27,210 nucleotides of DNA, from positions 62,001-89,210 of the forward strand of contig JAYUUN010000105.1 of NCBI GenBank assembly GCA_043754535.1, written 5' to 3'. The notes below the pieces were generated by a model that had not been told where the DNA came from, did no database searches, and saw only the letters and a list, made by a program, of their open reading frames with translations. The position numbers and the translations under genes were made by a program. The stretch comes from Chloroflexota bacterium (GTDB lineage: Bacteria; Chloroflexota; Chloroflexia; QHBQ01). Positions 15,628 to 24,944 of this stretch are shown here, piece after piece; position 1 is the stretch's first letter; each line of letters opens with the position of its first letter.

Positions 15628-16521
15628 ATGCAACTGATCGAGTCTGTCCAGGAGATGATCGCCTGGCGCAAGGAGTACTCCGAGTTTAGCCTCGGCTTCG
15701 TCCCCACTATGGGCTACCTGCATGGCGGCCACCTCAGCCTGGTCGAACGGGCAATGACCGAAAACCAGATAACCTGCGTCAGCATCTTCGTCAACCCTGC
15801 TCAGTTTGGGCCAGCCGAAGACTTCAAGAGTTATCCCCGTGACCTCGCCCGCGACCTCGGCTTGCTGCGCTGCTGTAGCGTCGGTGTGATCTTCTCGCCC
15901 CACGCAAAGGAGATGTACCCGCCAGACTTCCAGACCTACGTCAGCGTGCAGGATGTGACCAGACCACTGGAGGGGGCGGCCCGCCCCGGCCACTTCGCTG
16001 GGGTAACGACCATCGTCGCCAAGCTGTTCAATATCGTGCAGCCTACCCGCGTCTACTTCGGCCAGAAGGACGCGCAGCAGGTCAAGGTGATCGAGCAGAT
16101 GGTGCGCGACCTCAACTACCCGCTTGAGATCGTCACCTGCCCTATCGTGCGCGAACCAGACGGCCTGGCAATGAGCAGCCGTAATACTTACCTCAGCGAC
16201 TACGAGCGTGAGCAGGCCACTGTCATCTACCGCTCGCTAGCCACCGCCAAGCGGCTGTACGAGGGTGGGCAGCGCGACCCCCGCACGATCAAGGCAGCAG
16301 TGCTGGATGTGCTAAAGCAGGAGCCAGCGGCGGAAATTGAGTACGTTAGCCTGGCCGACAACCACACCTTGCAGGAAGTAACCAGGCCGATTGCCAACGG
16401 GCAGGAGGTGCTGATCAGCATGGCGGTCAAGTTGGGTCAGCCGCGCCTGATCGACAACCTGATCCTCGGCGGCACGGATGACGACGGGATGTTGGCCGAG
16501 GTGAACGAGGGTATACAGTAG
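15628..16521 (+). CDS. panC: Pantoate--beta-alanine ligase
   Basis: GFVPTMGYLHGGH, SIFVNP.QF, RPGHF.GV, FGQKDAQQ, REPDGLAMSSRN and RLIDN. Confidence 0.97.
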   Translation: MQLIESVQEMIAWRKEYSEFSLGFVPTMGYLHGGHLSLVERAMTENQITCVSIFVNPAQFGPAEDFKSYPRDLARDLGLLRCCSVGVIFSPHAKEMYPPDFQTYVSVQDVTRPLEGAARPGHFAGVTTIVAKLFNIVQPTRVYFGQKDAQQVKVIEQMVRDLNYPLEIVTCPIVREPDGLAMSSRNTYLSDYEREQATVIYRSLATAKRLYEGGQRDPRTIKAAVLDVLKQEPAAEIEYVSLADNHTLQEVTRPIANGQEVLISMAVKLGQPRLIDNLILGGTDDDGMLAEVNEGIQ

Positions 16522-17313
16522 ATGCTCCTGACCATAGATGTGGGCAACACCAACGTAGTAGTTGGTCTGTTTGGGGGCGAGACGCTGACCAATAGTTGGC
16601 GGTTCGCTACTGACGACCGCCGCACGCGGGACGAGTGGGGCATCCTGCTCAACAACCTGTTGGCCCTACACGGCTTCAAGGCGGGGGAGATCGAAGGGGC
16701 AATAGTTGGCAGCGTGGTGCCAGCGGTTACTACTGCCCTGCGCGAGATGATCCCAGCCTACGTGGGCTGCAAGGTGCTGGTGATAGAGCCTGGCATCCGC
16801 ACTGGCCTGCGTATCCTCACCGACAACCCCCGTGAGGTGGGCGCGGATCGCATCGTCAACACCCTGGCTGCCCACCGCCGCTATGGTGGCCCGGCTATCG
16901 TGATCGACTTCGGCACCGCCACCACCTTCGACGTGGTATCACCGCAGGGCGACTACCTGGGCGGGGCTATTGCTCCCGGCATCGTGATCAGCAGCGAGTC
17001 GCTCTATGAACACACGGCCCTGCTCACCCGCGTCGAACTGTGCGCCCCCCGCTATGCAATTGGCAAGAACACGGCGGCTTGCCTGCAATCGGGTATCGTC
17101 CTCGGCTATGTCAGCATGGTTGAGGGGATGATCGGGCGGATCAAGGGCGAGATGGAGACGATGCTCGGCAAGCCTGCCGCGCCGCTTGGTTCGATCAAGG
17201 TGATCGCTACTGGCGGCCTGGGCAACGTGATCGCTGCGGCTACTACGGTGATCGAACACTATGACGCTAACCTCACCCTAGATGGCCTGCGCCTGATCTA
17301 CGAGATGAACTGA
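16522..17313 (+). CDS. coaX: Type III pantothenate kinase
   Basis: IDVGNT, VGADR, IDFGTATT, GGAIAPG and ATGG; ATG immediately follows the panC stop. Confidence 0.96.
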   Translation: MLLTIDVGNTNVVVGLFGGETLTNSWRFATDDRRTRDEWGILLNNLLALHGFKAGEIEGAIVGSVVPAVTTALREMIPAYVGCKVLVIEPGIRTGLRILTDNPREVGADRIVNTLAAHRRYGGPAIVIDFGTATTFDVVSPQGDYLGGAIAPGIVISSESLYEHTALLTRVELCAPRYAIGKNTAACLQSGIVLGYVSMVEGMIGRIKGEMETMLGKPAAPLGSIKVIATGGLGNVIAAATTVIEHYDANLTLDGLRLIYEMN

Positions 17314-18515
17314 TGCTAGAAGGTAAGCGGATCATCCTCGGTGTATGTGGCTCTATCGCTTGCTACAAGGCAGTCGAGCTTGCCAACCTGCTGACCAAAG
17401 CGGGGGCATTGGTGGATGTGATCATGACTGAAGATGCTACCCGCTTCGTTGCCCCGCTCACCTTCCAGAGCCTCACCCATCGGCTGGTGCGCCACGATCT
17501 CTATGCGCACTGGGAGGGAGAAGACCTCGGCCACGTGTCGCTGGCTGAAGCCGACCTGATTTTGGTTGCCCCTGCCAGCTTCAATACGCTGGCGAAGCTG
17601 GCGCATGGCTTGACCGACAACCTGCTCACTGCTACCATCCTTAGCAGCACAGCCCCGCTGCTGGTCGCCCCGGCTGGCGACCGCAATATGTACAGCCACC
17701 CAGCGACCCAGGCCAACCTTGCTACCTTGCGCGAACGCGGCGTGCAGGTGATCGAACCGGCGCACGGCAGGCTAGCCAGCGGCCATGTTGGGCTGGGCAG
17801 GCTGCCAGAACCGGACGAGCTTGTCTCTCACATCAGTCTCGCTCTGGCGAGGGGGGGCGACCTTGCAGGCCGCAGCTTCCTGGTCACCGCTGGTGGCACC
17901 CAGGAGCCGCTCGATCCAGTGCGCTTCATTGGCAATCGTAGCAGCGGCAAGCAGGGTTACGCCCTCGCACAGGCCGCCCTCGAACGCGGTGCGACGGTGA
18001 CGCTGATCACCACTGTCAGCAGCCTCACTCCGCCGCTAGGGGCGCAGGTGATCCGTGTGCAGACGGCAGCAGAGTTGCGCGACGCGGTGTTGACTGCCGC
18101 CCCTGCCCACGACGTGCTGATCATGGCTGCCGCCCCCGCCGATTACCGCCCATTGCAGCAAAGCGAGCAGAAGATCAAGAAGGGGCAGGCGGAGCTGACC
18201 CTCCAGCTAACCCGCACCGACGACATCCTCAGCCTGTTGGCAGAGCGGGCGGCGGAGATGCCTCACCTGATCCGCGTGGGCTTTGCCGCAGAGACGGAGA
18301 ACCTGCTAGCCAACGCTGCCGACAAGCTGGCCCGCAAGCGGCTGCACCTGATCGTCGCCAACGACGCTGCCACCAGCATTGGCGCGGACAGCAGTAGCGT
18401 GACCATTCTTGATGCGGAGGGCGGTCAGGTTAGCCTGCCCGCGCTACCGAAGGCGGAGACTGCCCGCCTGATCATCGAGCAGATCGCGGGCCTGCTGAAG
18501 CGGCGTGCTAGCTAG
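17313..18515 (+). CDS. coaBC: Bifunctional phosphopantothenoylcysteine decarboxylase / phosphopantothenate--cysteine ligase
   Basis: GSIACYKA, GHV.L, APA..N.LAK, TAGGT.EPLDPVRFIGNRSSGKQG, GFAAET and IVAND; TGATG overlap with coaX. Confidence 0.95.
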   Translation: MLEGKRIILGVCGSIACYKAVELANLLTKAGALVDVIMTEDATRFVAPLTFQSLTHRLVRHDLYAHWEGEDLGHVSLAEADLILVAPASFNTLAKLAHGLTDNLLTATILSSTAPLLVAPAGDRNMYSHPATQANLATLRERGVQVIEPAHGRLASGHVGLGRLPEPDELVSHISLALARGGDLAGRSFLVTAGGTQEPLDPVRFIGNRSSGKQGYALAQAALERGATVTLITTVSSLTPPLGAQVIRVQTAAELRDAVLTAAPAHDVLIMAAAPADYRPLQQSEQKIKKGQAELTLQLTRTDDILSLLAERAAEMPHLIRVGFAAETENLLANAADKLARKRLHLIVANDAATSIGADSSSVTILDAEGGQVSLPALPKAETARLIIEQIAGLLKRRAS

Positions 18516-18540
18516 GCGGTCAGGTGCAAGCAGCAGCGGC

Positions 18541-18574
18541 AACAAGAAGGGGCGCAGCCATGTGGCTGCGCCCC
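18541..18574 (-). terminator. Intrinsic terminator for the moxR operon, possibly bidirectional
   Basis: Perfect 11-bp stem GGGGCGCAGCC/GGCTGCGCCCC (18549-18574), followed by TTCTTGTT on the minus strand. Confidence 0.75.
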
Positions 18575-18587
18575 AACCTGGGCGACC

Positions 18588-21188
18588 CTACTTACGCTTG
18601 AAGAAGGAAGTAGGTATGCGGCGCATGATCGCCTGACGGATCGCCAGCCAATGGTCGCGCAAGGTCTGCCGCTCACCCATCGGCACTTCGCGTTTGCCAT
18701 AGCGTTCGCGCACGTAGGCGCGGGCTAGAGGCTTGATCATGCCGCTGACGGCGGGCAACTGGCGGTCTAGCTGGTCGGCGTACTCAAAGGGAGTCTGGTT
18801 GGCGCGGGGGCCGAGGCCACCCCACTTCGCCCAGCGGGTCAGCTTCTCATAGTAGTCGGCTGCCGGGTAAACGCGCTCGTTCTCGCGCCGCCAGAGGAAC
18901 AGCAGCAGTCCAATCAGGGCAATCAGCGGTAGGGCAGCCCACTTGAGCGCGGTGGTTAGTGGGCCATCAGGTTGGTTGCTGCCACCGACGATGGTCGGCA
19001 CTGGGGTAGGAGTGCTGTCCGCATCTCTAACACGGGCGGTAGGACTGGGCTGGGGGGTCGGCGTGGTGCTACCAGCGGTAGGGCTGGGGCTGGGGGTCTG
19101 GGGGGTCGGCGGGCGGGCCAGGCCGCCGAAGGTTGGCTCGAAGGGTATCCAGCCGTAGCCAGGATAGTAGACCTCCGGCCAGGTGTGTGCCTGCGCTTCC
19201 TTGACGATGTAGGTGCCAGGGTTGGCCGGGTCTTCCTCACCAGGGGCGTAGCCGAGGGCCATGCGTGCTGGCACACCAATGCTGCGAAGCATCACCACCA
19301 TTGAAGCAGCGTAGTATTCACAGTACCCCTGCTTGGAGTCGAACAGGAAGTAGTCTACCCGGTCGACCCCATTTGGTGGGGTAGGAATGTCCAGGGTATA
19401 GGTGTAGTTTTGGGGGTCGTGCAAGTAGTTCTGAATCTTGATCGCTTTGTCGTAGGGATTGTCCTCTGCCGGGCTGCTGGGGGCAGCAATGCGGGCGGCC
19501 AGTTCTCGCGTACGCTCGGTAACGGAGGTGGGCAGGTTGAGGTACCGCTTCGTGACCCAATCTGGATACTTGCTGCTGGCTGTTCGCAAGCTTTGTTCGT
19601 CAGCAGTGGAGACGCTGGAAATGACACTGTAGGTTTCGCCCGAACTAAGGTTGTGGTTGGTCGTTACCCCTAGTAGGTCGTCCTGGATCGGGATCAGCCC
19701 CTCATAGTGCAGCCAGAGACTACCGTTGCGGATGCTTAGAAGTACCTTGATCCCGCGTTCGCCGAGGCTGCCGATCTCGCGGTTGGCATCGCGCAATTGA
19801 CTGCTTACGTCGTTGCTGTTCAGGCTGCTGATCACCGCATCATGGTCGTTGGTGTCCTTGCTGCGGTCACCTGCTACCAGGCGCAGATCGTTGGGGGCGA
19901 GCTTGAGTTTGTCCACCAGGTCACGCAATTCCTGCGGCACCGCCGTGTTGTTGGTCTGCCCATCGATCACCAGGTCGGCGTTGGCATCCTGCCAGGAGAC
20001 ATCGAGTAGGGTGCTGACCGTGCTGCTGACGGGTAGGTACTCGGCGAAAATGATCTTGTCGCGTGGGGCAACGACCGTCACCGTCTGCGACATCTCCGTT
20101 CGTAGCAGGTCGTTATTGCGAAGCTGGCTGCTGGGAGCGAGGGAGAGGAACGAGGAGCGATTGGCGTGCTGACCACTGGCCTTGAAGCTGTCGGCTGCTG
20201 TGTTGCGCCAGTGTACGCCATCGTAGAGGTCAACTGCATTAGCCCGCATATAGGTTGCGCGTGGGGCGCGCACGATCAGGGCAGTGTTCTGGCTCAGGTT
20301 GATCCTGCCACCCATGGTGAAGCTGTTGCCGAAGCTGGCGTAGCTGGTGTCTCCCTTACCACCACTGACCCCACCAAACATATCGCCAAGTCGCTTGCTC
20401 ATGTCGTCCCAGGGCTGGTTGAAGTTGTTTACCCAGCTGGCAACCCCTTCATTCACGTTGTCGCTGTTTGGCACGTACCAGGCCAGGCCTGTAACCAGCA
20501 GGCAGAAGACCGCGCTGGCCCGCAGGAACCGCCAGATGATATTGGGGGCGTAGTTGACGCGCTCTCGCTCCCACTTCTGTTCGTGTTGCAGGAGATTGAA
20601 GCGGGCAAGCAGCAGTAGTGCGTTAAAGACAAAGAGCAGGAAGTAGACGGTCAGGTTCTCTGGGCGCAGGGTGTAGGCCAGGTTGATCAGGATCGCCACG
20701 CCATTTGGCACCACCGCCCACCAGGCCCAGTGACTGCGAAAGATAAACCATGCGCTGCTATAGGCCAGGAGCCACATCATTGCAGCGAGGGAGAGTTGGA
20801 ATAGGGTGAGGTCGTCGCTAGCCCCACCGCTGCTGAAGGCTGCCACCCATTGCATCGTGCTGCGGATCAGGTCGGCGGCCTTCTCCTGCCAGTTGGGGCC
20901 GGGTAGGATGGTAGACATCTGGTAGAAGATAAAGAGGATACCGACCAGGGTACCGAGGGTGTGGAGCAGGTAACGTGGTACCTCTTGCAGCTTCGCCAGC
21001 ACCAGCCCGGTGAGTAGACCGACCAGGGTGATCGGCGAGAGTATCCAAAGCCCTTCAGGAGTCCAACCCGCCGCCTGGATCGCCCAGGTGACGCTGAACA
21101 GCATGAGGGCGAGCAGGAGCAGGGTGATGCTGCCCTCCCGCAACCGCCAGGCCAACACTCTATTTAGTAGATTACGCAATCTGTTCAT
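18588..21188 (-). CDS. Membrane transglutaminase-like protein (TgpA-type: TM domain, Transglut_core, DUF4129-like C-terminus)
   Basis: N-terminal TM bundle; GYCEYYA, AHTWPEVY and GWIPFEPT catalytic motifs; Pro/Thr linker; C-terminal TPFEYA...YVRERYG. Confidence 0.92.
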   Translation of the reverse strand: MNRLRNLLNRVLAWRLREGSITLLLLALMLFSVTWAIQAAGWTPEGLWILSPITLVGLLTGLVLAKLQEVPRYLLHTLGTLVGILFIFYQMSTILPGPNWQEKAADLIRSTMQWVAAFSSGGASDDLTLFQLSLAAMMWLLAYSSAWFIFRSHWAWWAVVPNGVAILINLAYTLRPENLTVYFLLFVFNALLLLARFNLLQHEQKWERERVNYAPNIIWRFLRASAVFCLLVTGLAWYVPNSDNVNEGVASWVNNFNQPWDDMSKRLGDMFGGVSGGKGDTSYASFGNSFTMGGRINLSQNTALIVRAPRATYMRANAVDLYDGVHWRNTAADSFKASGQHANRSSFLSLAPSSQLRNNDLLRTEMSQTVTVVAPRDKIIFAEYLPVSSTVSTLLDVSWQDANADLVIDGQTNNTAVPQELRDLVDKLKLAPNDLRLVAGDRSKDTNDHDAVISSLNSNDVSSQLRDANREIGSLGERGIKVLLSIRNGSLWLHYEGLIPIQDDLLGVTTNHNLSSGETYSVISSVSTADEQSLRTASSKYPDWVTKRYLNLPTSVTERTRELAARIAAPSSPAEDNPYDKAIKIQNYLHDPQNYTYTLDIPTPPNGVDRVDYFLFDSKQGYCEYYAASMVVMLRSIGVPARMALGYAPGEEDPANPGTYIVKEAQAHTWPEVYYPGYGWIPFEPTFGGLARPPTPQTPSPSPTAGSTTPTPQPSPTARVRDADSTPTPVPTIVGGSNQPDGPLTTALKWAALPLIALIGLLLFLWRRENERVYPAADYYEKLTRWAKWGGLGPRANQTPFEYADQLDRQLPAVSGMIKPLARAYVRERYGKREVPMGERQTLRDHWLAIRQAIMRRIPTSFFKRK

Positions 21189-21290
21189 CTGGTTTCCCCT
21201 GAGCTGCTAAAAGGTTGATTTTGAGCGAACGCGCAGAGCATTGCGCGCTCTAGCCCTATTTTGTTGCCAATTTGTCAGCTTCGTGCTGGA

Positions 21291-22622
21291 TCAGCGGATC
21301 ACTTTTACCCCGCCCAGCCCTTGAGCGAGGGAGAGGTTGATCGGTGTGCCGCGCTTGACCAGGTATGAGGGGATGTTGGCGGCGGCGAGGGCAGCAACGA
21401 CAAACATTGAGTTATCCTGGTGGTGTTCGCCTTGTACGTTGAAGGTGCTACGCTCGATCTGGACTACTGCGCTGCGGATGCCACGCCCACTGATGCCAGC
21501 GAGTGTCTTGACCCACTGCTCATCACCATTGGCGGTAATCACGATCAGCGTGCTATTGCGGCCAAAGCGGTTGCTCTCTGCCGTCAACACCTCATTGAGG
21601 GGGGTAGTGCCTTGCGCCCGCAGAACGGCCAGGCTCCGCAGGATGCGCTGCAACTGGCGTGCGCCCCGATCACTGCTGAGTACCTCATGGTGCTGACCCC
21701 AACTGATCATCCCGACGTTGCGCCCCTCGGCAATCAAGCGCGCGGCCAGGCTACTCGCCAGAGCTACGCCGTACTCCTCGGTGCTGGGTGGCAGGTAGAT
21801 CGGCTGCCCCGTACTGTCGCCCGCAAAGTCTATGCTGCGGCGGGCCTCATCGCTGTAGCGGCCCGCCTTGTCGGGGCGCGGCACCTGGGGCAACAGGTTG
21901 GGGTTACCCGCCTGGGCAGCACCCTGCATATCCAGCACGATCCAGATGTCGGTGGTTGGGTCAATCTCGAACTCTTTGACCATCAACTGCTGTTGGCGGG
22001 CTGTGGCTGCCCAGTGGATGCGGTTGTATGGATCGCCTGCCACGTACTGGCGCAGGCCAGCCGCCAGCGGCGTGATATTGAAGCTGCGGCTGCGGCGGTT
22101 GCTAGAGCCAGTTAGTTCGCTGGCGGGCAGGCCGAAGGCGGCCAGGTCGAGGATTGGGGGGTAGACTAGCAACTCGCGTTCCTCGGTCTGGCGGCGCAGG
22201 AAGCGAAAGAGGCCGAAGGGATCACCAGTGACCAGGACGACAGGGCCAAGACGGTAGACTCCCCGTTGGCGACAGACGGTGCGAACACGCCAGGTTTTCT
22301 TCTGCTGGCTGCCGAGGCTGACTACGCAGGAGGTGCGGTGGCCGGGCAGGTTGGAGCGGTCGCGGGCCTCCACCCAGATTTTGGGGAACTTGCTGTCGTT
22401 GTGCAGGGTCAACGATTCCTCATAGACCTGACCCATCTGCAAGGTGTAGTGGTGGGCTGCCCGGCTGATCGTCACCCCACGCAGGTTGAGGCGCGCCCAG
22501 ACTAGTGAACCGAGCGTGACCAACGCCAGCACATAGGCAAGGAAGTAGAGTGGGTGTAGGCCCGTCGCCAGAGCAAGAAAGAAGACGAAGGCCGCGGCTG
22601 CCAGCAGGCGAATACCGTTCAA
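21291..22622 (-). CDS. DUF58 family protein
   Basis: RG.Y.LGP...DPFGLF, LVYP, LRQY..GD...RIHW.ATAR...LMVKEFE and IVLD; TTG start with GAGGAG SD. Confidence 0.92.
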   Translation of the reverse strand: MNGIRLLAAAAFVFFLALATGLHPLYFLAYVLALVTLGSLVWARLNLRGVTISRAAHHYTLQMGQVYEESLTLHNDSKFPKIWVEARDRSNLPGHRTSCVVSLGSQQKKTWRVRTVCRQRGVYRLGPVVLVTGDPFGLFRFLRRQTEERELLVYPPILDLAAFGLPASELTGSSNRRSRSFNITPLAAGLRQYVAGDPYNRIHWAATARQQQLMVKEFEIDPTTDIWIVLDMQGAAQAGNPNLLPQVPRPDKAGRYSDEARRSIDFAGDSTGQPIYLPPSTEEYGVALASSLAARLIAEGRNVGMISWGQHHEVLSSDRGARQLQRILRSLAVLRAQGTTPLNEVLTAESNRFGRNSTLIVITANGDEQWVKTLAGISGRGIRSAVVQIERSTFNVQGEHHQDNSMFVVAALAAANIPSYLVKRGTPINLSLAQGLGGVKVIR

Positions 22623-22623
22623 G

Positions 22624-23598
22624 TTAGCTCCTCACTGGGCCGCCGTGTGGGGTGGTGCGGCTGGGGCTAGGGATCGCAGCGGCGCGCACCACTTCACCAA
22701 CTACCGCTATGCTATCCACGTTGCGGACGCGGGCTGCCGGGTTGAGGATCAGGCGGTGGGCCAGCACCGGGGCGGCCAGTGCCTTTGCGTCGTCAGGGAT
22801 CGCGTAGTCACGCCCTTGCAGAGCCGAGATTGCCTGGCATGCCCGATAGAGGGCTATCGAACCACGTGGGCTGGCACCGAGGTAGACATCAGGGTGTTTG
22901 CGTGTTGCTTCAGTCAGCGAAACGATGTACTCCTTGATCGCCCTATCCACGTAGACTTCCTTGATCGCCGCCTGCATCTGGATCAGTTCGCTGGCCGCCA
23001 CAACCTGCTCAAGGTCCTCTAGTGGGTGGCGAAACTGGATGCGGTCGAGGATATCTAGTTCGTCGGCGTGCTTGGGGTAGCCGAGGGTGATGCGCATGAA
23101 GAAGCGGTCTAGCTGCGCCTCTGGCAGCGGGAAGGTACCCTCATATTCAATTGGGTTCTGGGTGGCAAGCACGATGAAGGGTGAGGGCAGGGGGTAGGTC
23201 ACGCCGTCTACGCTAACCTGCTGTTCCTCCATCGCTTCAAGCAGAGCCGATTGAGTCTTGGGCGTGGCTCGATTGATCTCGTCGGCCAACACGATCTGGG
23301 CCATCACTGGGCCGGGGCGGTACTCGAACTCGCTGGTCTTCTGGTTGTAGACGCTGACCCCGCTCACGTCGCTGGGCAGCAGGTCGGGGGTGAACTGGAT
23401 GCGGCGGAAGGTACAGCCCAGCGAGCGGGCAATCGCCTTCGCGAGCGTGGTCTTGCCCACACCTGGTACGTCCTCGATCAGCACGTGGCCGCGACAGAGC
23501 AGCGCAACCAGCAGTGATTGCACCTCATAGTGCTTGCCAACGATAACCTTCTCAACGTTGCGAACCAGCCGTTCGCCGAGGCTGCGGACATCTTCCAT
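22624..23598 (-). CDS. moxR: MoxR family AAA+ ATPase
   Basis: [61 protein letters not shown] and GASPR; start placed at ATG 23598. Confidence 0.95.
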   Translation of the reverse strand: MEDVRSLGERLVRNVEKVIVGKHYEVQSLLVALLCRGHVLIEDVPGVGKTTLAKAIARSLGCTFRRIQFTPDLLPSDVSGVSVYNQKTSEFEYRPGPVMAQIVLADEINRATPKTQSALLEAMEEQQVSVDGVTYPLPSPFIVLATQNPIEYEGTFPLPEAQLDRFFMRITLGYPKHADELDILDRIQFRHPLEDLEQVVAASELIQMQAAIKEVYVDRAIKEYIVSLTEATRKHPDVYLGASPRGSIALYRACQAISALQGRDYAIPDDAKALAAPVLAHRLILNPAARVRNVDSIAVVGEVVRAAAIPSPSRTTPHGGPVRS

Positions 23599-23760
23599 GC
23601 GCTTTGGGTTTCCTCTCGCAATTTCCGGGTGTTCAAGTGTTATATCAAATAGCAGGCAGTGTGGTTGGCTTGCTGCCAGATCAGCCGCAAGCAGGCAGCC
23701 AGGAGGTCGCACCATCCCCTATAATAGTAATACGGCTCTGTGTGCCATATTGTTCAACTC

Positions 23761-23769
23761 ATTATACCA
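23761..23769 (-). promoter_or_regulatory. Extended -10 promoter (TGGTATAAT) for the moxR operon
   Basis: Reverse complement of attatacca. Confidence 0.55.
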
Positions 23770-23863
23770 TTATCGCCCCATGTGGGCTAGTTCCAACCTC
23801 GATTCTAATGCTACGCCAATCCAGATTGGAGTGGATGATAACGATCTGTTAACCTTCGTTGCC

Positions 23864-23893
23864 TTGCGGCGGCCAAAGCCGATCTGCTATACT
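23864..23893 (+). promoter_or_regulatory. Promoter TTGCGG-N18-TATACT with TG extension for the nuclease/HPRT pair
   Basis: TGCTATACT at 23885-23893; GGAG SD downstream. Confidence 0.55.
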
Positions 23894-23915
23894 AGGCGGT
23901 GGGAGAGCGTTCGCT

Positions 23916-24296
23916 ATGCAAGATGTAGTAGAGAAGCCAGCACATAACTTCGCTAATCAGGCCGAGGCCGAGTTCGGCAAGCTGCTCGATTTCTACGGCA
24001 TCGTCTGGCAGTACGAGCCGCACTCCTTCCCCCTTCGCTGGGAGGATGGTCGGGTGGTAGAGATGTTCACGCCAGATTTCTACCTGCCAGAGTACGACCT
24101 CTACCTGGAGTTGACCGTGATGAAGCAGAAGCTCGTCACCCGCAAGAACCGCAAGCTGCGGATGCTGCGCGAACTCTACCCCGAAGTGGCGATCAAGCTG
24201 ATCTACCGACGCGACTTCCAGCGGCTGTTTGAGATGTTCGGCCTGCCCCTGCCCGACGGTAGCCCGACCAACCCGCCAGTGCCTGACCGTGACTAG
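23916..24296 (+). CDS. Small hypothetical protein with PD-(D/E)xK nuclease-like fold
   Basis: E..F...LD....W.YEP..F, FTPDFYLP..DLYLELT and K.RK...L.ELYP, i.e. a PD...E-x-T variant of the restriction-endonuclease fold; ATG 23916. Confidence 0.7.
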   Translation: MQDVVEKPAHNFANQAEAEFGKLLDFYGIVWQYEPHSFPLRWEDGRVVEMFTPDFYLPEYDLYLELTVMKQKLVTRKNRKLRMLRELYPEVAIKLIYRRDFQRLFEMFGLPLPDGSPTNPPVPDRD

Positions 24297-24903
24297 GCCA
24301 CCCAACCCCGCTAATGCCCCCACTGCGCTCCCGGTGCGCGAGGGTGCGATCCAGGTGCTGATCGGGGCGAGCGAGATTGCGCGGCGCACCGCCGAACTGG
24401 GTGCGCAGATCGGGGCCGACTACCTGGGGCGGGGCAGCAATGGCCTGCTGCTGGTTGGCCTGCTCAAGGGGGCCAGCTTCTTCCTGGCCGACCTGGTGCG
24501 CACGATCCCCACCACTTTGGCGGTGGACTACGACTTCATCTCGATCTCGCGCTACGGCACGGCAGGCGACCGCTCGGCCCGCATCCTGATGGATTTGGAG
24601 GCGAGCGTGCGTGGGCGCGACGTACTGCTAGTCAAGGACGTGTTCGATACCGGGCTGGCTATCGCCTACATCCAGCGGGTGCTGCGCGTGCGCCAGCCCG
24701 CCAGCCTGCGCACCTGCGTGCTGCTCGACCGCCAATCGGTGCGCCTGATCGACATCCCCCTCGATTACGTCGGCTTCAGCCTGCCCGACCGCTTCGTAGT
24801 CGGCTACGGCATGGACTTGCACGAACGCTACCGCAACCTCCCCTACATCGGCGTGCTGCCCGCTGACGCTGCCCGCCCCACGGCAGTGCGGATGGGTGAG
24901 TGA
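24289..24903 (+). CDS. Hypoxanthine phosphoribosyltransferase-like protein with variant PRPP loop
   Basis: GLLKGA..F..DL, DF.SISRY, GRDVLLVKDVFDTG, DYVGF..PD.FVVGYG.D and YRNLPYI; GTG 24289 overlaps the upstream stop. Confidence 0.85.
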   Translation: MTRPPNPANAPTALPVREGAIQVLIGASEIARRTAELGAQIGADYLGRGSNGLLLVGLLKGASFFLADLVRTIPTTLAVDYDFISISRYGTAGDRSARILMDLEASVRGRDVLLVKDVFDTGLAIAYIQRVLRVRQPASLRTCVLLDRQSVRLIDIPLDYVGFSLPDRFVVGYGMDLHERYRNLPYIGVLPADAARPTAVRMGE

Positions 24904-24915
24904 GCGGCTGCTAAG

Positions 24916-24944
24916 TCTCTCCCTGGGGAGAGGTTGGTGAGGGG
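24916..24944. repeat. Degenerate REP-like palindromic element (CCCTCACC..CCTCTCCC..GGGAGAG type)
   Basis: TCTCTCCCTGGGGAGAGGTTGGTGAGGGG between convergent stop codons. Confidence 0.45.

Noticed and set aside
23599..23715. 39-aa N-terminal extension of MoxR
   Set aside because: MoxR homology starts at MEDVRSL; the extension looks like 5' UTR.
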